NCBI GenBank assembly: GCA_903892515.1
Contig: CAITIS010000057.1
Location: 143,067-207,066, forward strand
Length of the DNA: 64,000 nucleotides
Origin: an uncultured Planctomycetota bacterium
Lineage (GTDB): Bacteria; Planctomycetota; Phycisphaerae; SM23-33
Direction: 5' to 3'
Part shown: in pieces, positions 57,400-64,000 of the stretch
Layout: each line of letters begins with the position of its first letter
Position numbering within the stretch: the first letter of the stretch is position 1
Notes under the pieces: generated by a model
Database searches by the model: none
Seen by the model: the letters and a program-made list of their open reading frames with translations, nothing else
Told to the model about the DNA's origin: nothing
Translations under genes and position numbers: made by a program

Positions 57400-58839
57400 A
57401 TGAGCGGTTGGATGTCCGTTTACCGAAACATGATCACTGCCCTGCAGACGCACACCGCCGCGATCTCGCGTTTTCAGGAGGAGGTCTCCAGCGGTTCGCG
57501 GATCAACCGGCCCTCGGACGACCCCAACGCGGCTTGGCGGGTGATGAACCTGCAGGACCAGGTTCGCTCGCTCGACGCCTTCAATACCAACCTTCAGACG
57601 GTGACGGGCAACCTGGAACAATCCTCCAGCATCCTGCAGGAAATATCTGACCAACTGATTTCGGCCAAGCAGTTGATGACGCAGGCCGCCAGCGGCACGG
57701 GCGGGCAAACCGCCCAGGCGCCGATCGCCGAGGAGATCAACTCGATCCTGGAACAGGTCGTCAGCCTGGCCAATACCAAGTCCACCTCGGGATACCTCTT
57801 TGGCGGCGACAAAGGCGAGGTCGCGCCATACGCCATCGAGCGTACCGGCGGAAGCATCAGCAGGATCACCTACCAGGGCAGCAGCCTGGCCGGAGCCGTG
57901 CCGGTCGCCCCCGGCGTCTCGGACATGGCCTCGCTGGTGGGCTCGGACATCTTCAGCAGCAGCGAACGGAAGACGCCGGTGTTCCTGGGCCAAACCGGCG
58001 CCGCCGCCGGCAGCGGCACCTCCAATATCATCGGCAGCGTGTGGCTGAGCGTGCAGCACGTGCAGACGCAGTACCTCGACACCAGCGCCACCGGCGTATT
58101 GGCCGGCAATAGCTCCGCCAGCGGCGACACCATTGTCGGCAAGGGCCATTCCGTCACGATCGACGGCGTAGCCAAGACCATTAAGCTCGATGACGGCCCA
58201 GCCGTTTCGTACACCGTCGGCGGCGCCGATTTACAGCTCCACAACGCCGCGGGCGACAAAGCCTACGTCAACGTTTCAGGCATCAACCCCGCCCTGGCCG
58301 GCCAGGTCAAGGTCGCCATCACCGCCTCAGCCAAGCTGTCCATCGGCAGCTCGGCCAACTCGGTCACCGTTACGAATTTCCCGACCAACATGGCCGTAAC
58401 CGACAGCCAGACCGGAAAGGTGCTGTACGTCAATGCGCAGGGCCTGACCCGCATCGGCGCCGAGCCGGTCACGGCCACAGGAACGTTCGACATGTTTCAA
58501 AGCCTCATCGACGAACGCGACCTGCTCAAAAACACCCGAAACATCGACGCGACTACGCAGAGCGACCTGCTGACAAAGGCCGCCGATGCGATGGACGTGG
58601 TCATTCATGGCACCACCGAGCACCTAGCGGCCGTGGGCAGCCGGCTGCAGGCCATGGACAGCCTCAAAACCAGCCTGAGCAACCTCAAGAGCGGCGCTAC
58701 GGACCAGATCAACACCGTGGAAGAGGCCGACGTGGCCCAACTGGCCGCCGACCTGGCGCGCGAGCAGACCCTGTACCAAATGGCGCTCCAGACCTCGGCC
58801 CGGATGCTCAACCTGTCGCTGCTGGATTACATCAAGTAA
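57400..58839 (+). CDS. flgL: Hook-associated protein 3
   Basis: SSGSRINRPSDDP, GYLFGG, YQMALQ...LSLLDYI. Confidence 0.95.
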   Translation: MSGWMSVYRNMITALQTHTAAISRFQEEVSSGSRINRPSDDPNAAWRVMNLQDQVRSLDAFNTNLQTVTGNLEQSSSILQEISDQLISAKQLMTQAASGTGGQTAQAPIAEEINSILEQVVSLANTKSTSGYLFGGDKGEVAPYAIERTGGSISRITYQGSSLAGAVPVAPGVSDMASLVGSDIFSSSERKTPVFLGQTGAAAGSGTSNIIGSVWLSVQHVQTQYLDTSATGVLAGNSSASGDTIVGKGHSVTIDGVAKTIKLDDGPAVSYTVGGADLQLHNAAGDKAYVNVSGINPALAGQVKVAITASAKLSIGSSANSVTVTNFPTNMAVTDSQTGKVLYVNAQGLTRIGAEPVTATGTFDMFQSLIDERDLLKNTRNIDATTQSDLLTKAADAMDVVIHGTTEHLAAVGSRLQAMDSLKTSLSNLKSGATDQINTVEEADVAQLAADLAREQTLYQMALQTSARMLNLSLLDYIK

Positions 58840-59164
58840 GCGGGAATCTGGAATCGGGAGTCGGGAATCCGGAATCCGGAGAACCGGAATCCGGAATCGG
58901 GAAACCGGAATCGGGACTCCAGCTTTGTCTTTGTTCCCGATTCCCGCCTCCCGATTCCCGCTTCCCGCTTGTTGACCCCGTACGATTCCTGGCTGCTACC
59001 GCGTCTGAATCCTCGACGCAGATGCGTCAAAACCTGACGCTGCTGCTAGAACGTGGGTGCAAAGACGTCTCCGGCGCTGCCTCACTGGGTGTTTCTCACA
59101 TGGAGATGCATTCGGCACGGGGTTTGCTCTGGACGTAATCGGACAAGTACGAGGAGCGATCTGA

Positions 59165-59872
59165 GTGAAGCATTGGGCCGTCAAAACGAACAAGCTCGAA
59201 AGCGAGTTGGAGCAGCAGCACGCGGCGCTGGAGGAACTGGGCGACCGCTGTTTGCAGGATGATAAGCACGCGCTGGCGCGCAATTGCTTTGAGGCCGCTC
59301 GGAAGCTTTCGCCGCAACGTCCGATTCCGTATCTGCGGCTTGGCACGCTGGCGGCGCGCGACGGCGACCTGGCCGAGGCGCAGCATTGCTTTGAAACCGC
59401 CAGGCGGCTCGATGCCGATTGTGCCGAGGCCTATGGCGGCTTGGCGATGATTCACCAGCAGCGGCGCGAATACTCAGCCGCTTTCGAGATGTACCTGAAA
59501 TGCCTCGAACGCGACGTGGACAACCTGGTGGCGTTGCTGGGGCTATTCCAGACATCCTGCCAGATGGGCACGTTCGGAAAGATCATCCACTTTCTGGAGA
59601 TCTACCTGGCCAAGCACGCCGACGACGTGTCGGTGATCTTCTGCCTGGCCTCGCTGTACGTTAAGGAAGGGGACCTGCCGCGAGCCCAGGCGTTTCTCCG
59701 CCGCGTCGTGGCCCGCGAGCCGGACAAGATCGAGGCCCGGGAACTTCTCGACGAGGTTGAATCCGAGCTGGCGCTGGCCCGCCCGGCGTACGCACCACGC
59801 AATCAGGAGTTGGCCACGTGCCGACAGGAAGTCATACCACTGACGATCAGGGCAAGCTTCTCACAGGCATAG
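59165..59872 (+). CDS. TPR-repeat protein
   Basis: Repeated A..CFE.A..L.P/D helices; GAGGAG RBS with GTG start. Confidence 0.78.
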   Translation: MKHWAVKTNKLESELEQQHAALEELGDRCLQDDKHALARNCFEAARKLSPQRPIPYLRLGTLAARDGDLAEAQHCFETARRLDADCAEAYGGLAMIHQQRREYSAAFEMYLKCLERDVDNLVALLGLFQTSCQMGTFGKIIHFLEIYLAKHADDVSVIFCLASLYVKEGDLPRAQAFLRRVVAREPDKIEARELLDEVESELALARPAYAPRNQELATCRQEVIPLTIRASFSQA

Positions 59873-60147
59873 AAGAAACCTTGAGCGAACAATTAAAGCT
59901 TATCGCCGCGGGCGATACTCCAGGCGCCCAGCAACTCATGCCAAAGCTGTCTGGCCTGCTGGCGAGCTACGATCATGCGAACGCGCAAGTGCATGCCGCC
60001 CAGTGGAAACGGGTGAGGAAGCTGTACAGGACGGTCGTGGCCACGATGGCGTGCGAATTCGAGAACACGAAAAAGGAACTGTCCCGCCTTACGCAGCGGC
60101 GAGGAAAAGTTGCTATGTATTATCGGGGGCAACGGAACTTTCTTTAA
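59818..60147 (+). CDS. Small helical protein, possibly FliT/FlgN-like chaperone
   Basis: CAGGAG RBS with GTG start; helical pattern ending GKVAMYY; flagellar context. Confidence 0.5.
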   Translation: MPTGSHTTDDQGKLLTGIEETLSEQLKLIAAGDTPGAQQLMPKLSGLLASYDHANAQVHAAQWKRVRKLYRTVVATMACEFENTKKELSRLTQRRGKVAMYYRGQRNFL

Positions 60148-60383
60148 GGAAATCCACTAGGTCTTGCCGAAATTCTGCGTACGGCCATTGCTAAATTGGC
60201 CTGTCGTCGAGCTTTGTGCTTGGCGCGAGAAACGCGGAGTGCGGTAGCGACTATCGATTCGGTAGTGGAGATGGCCCCTGTCCCAGCAGCAAGGATGCTG
60301 CCGGGGCGGCGGGTGAGTAGCCAGTAGCTTGGCTAGCCGAATTGAGGTGTTGCTTCCGTCCAGTCTGAATGCTGGAGGCAAGG

Positions 60384-61481
60384 ATGCCTGTTACGTTATC
60401 TGCTGCCACGTCTGTCGATACCGACGCACCGCCAACGCAATCCTATTCACCAGATGCGCAGGCCAACCCTGCCCGGTTTTTTGCCGGCGCGGCGGAACTG
60501 TCGGCCGGTCTGGTAGGGCAGAGCCCTGCCATGCGGCAGACCCTCGATCTTATTCGCGTGCTGGCGCAAAACCAGTGCAGCTCAGTGCTGATCCTGGGCG
60601 AGACGGGCACGGGCAAGGAATTGGCGGCCCGGGCCGTTCATGCCTGGCAGGGCAAGCCTGCGGAAAGCTTCGTCGCCATCAATTGCGCGACCATGACCGC
60701 CGGCCTGTTTGAGAGCGAACTGTTTGGCCACGTGAAGGGCGCCTTCACCGGCGCCGATCGCGACAAAGTGGGCTTGCTGGAATTGGCCCAGGGCGGCAGC
60801 ATCCTGCTGGATGAGATCAGCGAAATGTCCGTGGAGTTGCAGGCCAAACTGCTGCGGGTCTTGCAGGAGCGGGAATTCCGGCGCGTGGGCGGGACTAAGA
60901 GCGTGCGTTTCGACGCCACGGTCATCGCTTCGAGCAATCGCGACCTGGAGACCGAAGTGGCGCAAGGCCGCTTCCGCCGCGACTTGTATTATCGCCTGAC
61001 TGTGCTGCCCATCCAGATGCCGCCGCTGCGTCACCCCGACCGTAGTTCAGACATTCCGCTGCTGGCGGAGTACTTCCTGGCCACCTCGCCGCTGCCCAAA
61101 CGCGTCGGCATCACCGGCCTGTGCGAATCGGCCATGGAAAAGCTGCTCGACCACGACTGGCCGGGCAATGTGCGCGAGCTCAAGAACGTCATCGAGCGGG
61201 CCATCCTGCTGGAGAGCGGCCCGGAGATCTCCGAACGCAGTGTCGTCCTGTGCCAGTGCGAAGAAATCAGTCACGACCTCCCGGGCAAACCCGCCTCCGA
61301 AGGCAAGCGGGAGTTTTCGCTGGAAGCGGCTGAACGCGAGTTCATCCTGCGGGCCCTGAACGAGACGGGCTGGCAGCGGACGCACGCCGCCACCTTGCTG
61401 GGCATCAGCCGGGCGACCCTGCACGCCAAGCTCAAGCGCTACGAGATGGCCTCTCCCCTCAGCCAGGCGCAGGCGTCGTAG
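60384..61481 (+). CDS. Sigma54-dependent activator (AAA+ plus Fis HTH) with no N-terminal sensor domain
   Basis: GETGTGKE, ESELFGHVKGAFTGA, LLDEI, WPGNVREL, AATLLGISRATLHAKL; GGAGG RBS. Confidence 0.93.
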   Translation: MPVTLSAATSVDTDAPPTQSYSPDAQANPARFFAGAAELSAGLVGQSPAMRQTLDLIRVLAQNQCSSVLILGETGTGKELAARAVHAWQGKPAESFVAINCATMTAGLFESELFGHVKGAFTGADRDKVGLLELAQGGSILLDEISEMSVELQAKLLRVLQEREFRRVGGTKSVRFDATVIASSNRDLETEVAQGRFRRDLYYRLTVLPIQMPPLRHPDRSSDIPLLAEYFLATSPLPKRVGITGLCESAMEKLLDHDWPGNVRELKNVIERAILLESGPEISERSVVLCQCEEISHDLPGKPASEGKREFSLEAAEREFILRALNETGWQRTHAATLLGISRATLHAKLKRYEMASPLSQAQAS

Positions 61482-61830
61482 AAAGCAGGGCCAATATCGC
61501 TCTGCCGCAAGTCATGCGATGCCATCCATCATCCGCATTCGGCCGCACTCGCGGCTCACACTCTCTCAATGTAACTGAGCTGCGTTCAAGGCACATGGCC
61601 GCTGGACTCCGCAGCCATGGCACCCAATGCGTAGGGCGTGCAACTCGTTGCACGCGGCCTGCGGACGAGCCCGGCCACCCACCAAGCGTGTCTGAAAATC
61701 ATCCCGCCCCTGACTAACTTTCGTACACACCTCGATTTCTCCCTGCGCCTGAGCCTTTCGTTGACGCGATGAAAGCCCCGATCCCGCCTGCTTTGGCGGC
61801 TGATTTGTGGCCGCAGGTGGTTTTCCGATC

Positions 61831-61845
61831 TGGCACGGTGCTTGC
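61831..61845 (+). promoter_or_regulatory. Sigma54 -24/-12 promoter
   Basis: TGGCACGGTGCTTGC, about 60 bp upstream of ATG 61906. Confidence 0.75.
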
Positions 61846-61905
61846 AAAGCGTTTCGTCGAGAGTGCGCAGGCGCGGTCCGCGCCCTCGTTGAAGACCAGA
61901 TCGTT

Positions 61906-64000
61906 ATGGCAGAAACAGAAGGACAACCTCGACCCGAGCCAGCTCCCGCCAGCCAGGCCAACGCTGCGCCAGCCGGGGCCGCGGCGCCGACCCCGGCCAT
62001 GGGCGATCAAGCTGCCTCGACGCCCGCGCCGGCACAACAGGCTGCCGCGCCGGTGAGCGAGGTTGAGAGCATTCCGGGCGTTTCGGCTGAGGATTTGGCG
62101 GCCTTGTCCGCCTGGCAGCCGCCGACCGAGGCGTCACAAGCCCAGGCCGCCGCCGATCAAGCCGCTGCCGATAAGGCACTCAGCGCCGCCACCCCGGCGG
62201 CCAAGAAACGCTTTTCGACCGTTCACATCCTGCTGGCGGCAAACACCGTCGTGCTGGTGATTCTGGCCTTGTCCAGTGCCGGTGTGCTGCCCAAGCATGC
62301 CCACGAGCCGGCCAGAGCGTTGGCCGGGCCGACCATTGTGTATGTGAGCAGCGCCCCGGCCTCGGCGCCGTCGGCGACTTCCGCCCCGGCCCCGGCCTCC
62401 GCCCCGGCCGCTGCGACCATCGCCGGCACGTGGAAACAGGCCGAAGACGCCTTCACCGCCAATGATCCCGTTCGGGCCAGCGGCATCTATCGCCACATTC
62501 TTGAAACCTCCCAGCAAGTGCCTGACCCCGTCGTGGCCGAACTGCTTCACCTGCGGATCGGCCAGTGTGCCGAGCGAAACGGCGCCGCCGCCGAGGCCAT
62601 GCGGGAACTCACCCCTCTGACGCATAGCGCGTATCCGCTGATCCGCGTGCTGGCGAATTCCCATTTGGCTGAGCTGCTGTGCGAGCAGTCCCAGCCACAC
62701 CAGGCTCGCATGCATGCGTATGCGGCCTTGTCGCACCTGGCCCTGCTGGATCACCCCACGCTGCTGGAGGCCGACTGCGATTTCGTGCTGGCCAAGGCCC
62801 TGACACAGGAGGTGCTGGCCTGCTTCGACGAAAGTCCGACGCTGCTGTGGCCCGGCCGGAGCAAGTCCGACCCGCTGGCAGGGCTCAGCGAAGAGCAGTT
62901 GCGGCATACCGTGCAACAGGGCGCCGATGCCCTGAGTTCGGCCGTGCTGGGCATTAAGATGGACCGTTCCACCGGCCAGAGCAGCGCCAAGGCCTGGACG
63001 ATCCAGTGCGCCCAGTCGAGCCTGGAAGACCTTCTTTCGCAACTCTCGATGTCAGCCGATATGCCGCTGGAATGGTGCGGCGTGGCCCCGGCGGCCCGGC
63101 AGCGGACCGTCTCACTCTTTTGCCGCGACGCATCTGCCCAGCGAATCGTCGAGGCCGCCTGCGGCTCAGCGGGCCTGGTGGCCAGGTTCCTGGGAGACAG
63201 CATCGTTGTCTCAGATCCGCAGACTTGCCTGACAGCCGCCGAACGCCGCGAGTTACTGCACAAGGAAGCGACGGCCGCATGGTGGCGATTCGCCCTGCGG
63301 CACCCCGAAGATCGCCGCAACGTGCAGGCCCATACCTGCCTGGGCGCGTTGATGGAATGTGCCGGCGACGCCAACGGCGCCGTGGGCGAGTATCAATTCG
63401 TTGCCAAGACGTACTCGCGTGAGAGCGAGGCCGCTGCCGCCCTGATGGCGTGCGTGCGGCTGAAGGTCAAGATGAAGGACTTCGCCGGCGCGCAGCAGGA
63501 TCTGATGTCCATTCTGGACAGCTACCCCGACTGCCCGCACCTCGACGAGGTGTACTCGACGCTGGGCCAGGCCCGGCTGGCGGAAAACCAAGTCGACGAA
63601 GCCATGATGGTCTTCCACAAGCTGTACTTCCTGGACCTTTCGCCCGAGAGCAAGGCTGTAGCCTGTCTGGGCTTGGCCAAGGCGTGCTTCCTCAAACAGA
63701 ACGATGACGAGGCCTGCCAGTGGCTGTCGCGATACCTTCCGGGCGCGCGGACGCGCAAGGATGTCCACCTGGTCGAAGGCTATCTGCTGCTGGGCCAAGC
63801 CGAGGGCCGGCGCGGGCATGCCGCCGCCGCGGTCAAAGCCTACACCGAAGCGCTGGCGCTGGACCCGCCCAAGGCCCAGCGGATCGAGGCTCAGTTCGAA
63901 ATTGCCCGCGTTCAGATGGGGCAGGGCAATTACGTTCCGGCCATCGGGGCGGCCTCGGGCATCGACCCGGCCGACCTGACGCTGGCCCAGACTCGCGACC
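61906..64000 (+). CDS. Large membrane-anchored TPR-repeat protein, 3'-truncated by the window edge (absent from ORF track)
   Basis: MAETEGQPRPEPA..., Ala/Pro-rich N-terminus, TM KKRFSTVHILLAANTVVLVILALS, TPR-like helices; frame appears open to 64000. Confidence 0.8.
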   Translation, partial: MAETEGQPRPEPAPASQANAAPAGAAAPTPAMGDQAASTPAPAQQAAAPVSEVESIPGVSAEDLAALSAWQPPTEASQAQAAADQAAADKALSAATPAAKKRFSTVHILLAANTVVLVILALSSAGVLPKHAHEPARALAGPTIVYVSSAPASAPSATSAPAPASAPAAATIAGTWKQAEDAFTANDPVRASGIYRHILETSQQVPDPVVAELLHLRIGQCAERNGAAAEAMRELTPLTHSAYPLIRVLANSHLAELLCEQSQPHQARMHAYAALSHLALLDHPTLLEADCDFVLAKALTQEVLACFDESPTLLWPGRSKSDPLAGLSEEQLRHTVQQGADALSSAVLGIKMDRSTGQSSAKAWTIQCAQSSLEDLLSQLSMSADMPLEWCGVAPAARQRTVSLFCRDASAQRIVEAACGSAGLVARFLGDSIVVSDPQTCLTAAERRELLHKEATAAWWRFALRHPEDRRNVQAHTCLGALMECAGDANGAVGEYQFVAKTYSRESEAAAALMACVRLKVKMKDFAGAQQDLMSILDSYPDCPHLDEVYSTLGQARLAENQVDEAMMVFHKLYFLDLSPESKAVACLGLAKACFLKQNDDEACQWLSRYLPGARTRKDVHLVEGYLLLGQAEGRRGHAAAAVKAYTEALALDPPKAQRIEAQFEIARVQMGQGNYVPAIGAASGIDPADLTLAQTRD

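Overview
GC-rich bacterial chromosome segment, most consistent with a planctomycete (inferred from the short PheT, the PEP-CTERM protein, STN-repeat secreted proteins and dense intergenic repeats). The left 26 kb is a housekeeping and accessory mosaic. It holds the end of a type IV pilus operon (pilT, pilC), a Phd/RelE toxin-antitoxin pair, a glycerol-1-phosphate dehydrogenase, pheT about 14.6 kb from rpmI-rplT-pheS, a GT9 glycosyltransferase, a DRG-type GTPase, pyrE, a glycoside hydrolase, a PEP-CTERM protein and an isolated pduS-pduT microcompartment pair. The right 38 kb is a flagellar and chemotaxis region: fliC/D/S, cheY-X-A-R-D-Y-X-B, fliK, flgD/E, a PilZ protein, flgF/G/A/H/I/J/N/K/L, TPR proteins and a sigma54 activator. 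The best candidate for an undescribed system is a pair of genes that bracket the flagellin-chemotaxis block. Each fuses an excisionase/MerR-like helix-turn-helix to a PilB/GspE-type ATPase. One copy has intact catalytic motifs and a palindromic operator plus 10-bp-phased repeats at its promoter; the other is catalytically degenerate. Other notable items are a CheA with an MshEN-like c-di-GMP motif, a CheY with a MinD-like amphipathic tail, two candidate structured RNAs, small ORFs missed by the track, and repeat or foreign insertions in pheT, in the second ATPase and at the flgH 3' end. All calls come from reading motifs by eye; no searches were run, and repeat boundaries are approximate.
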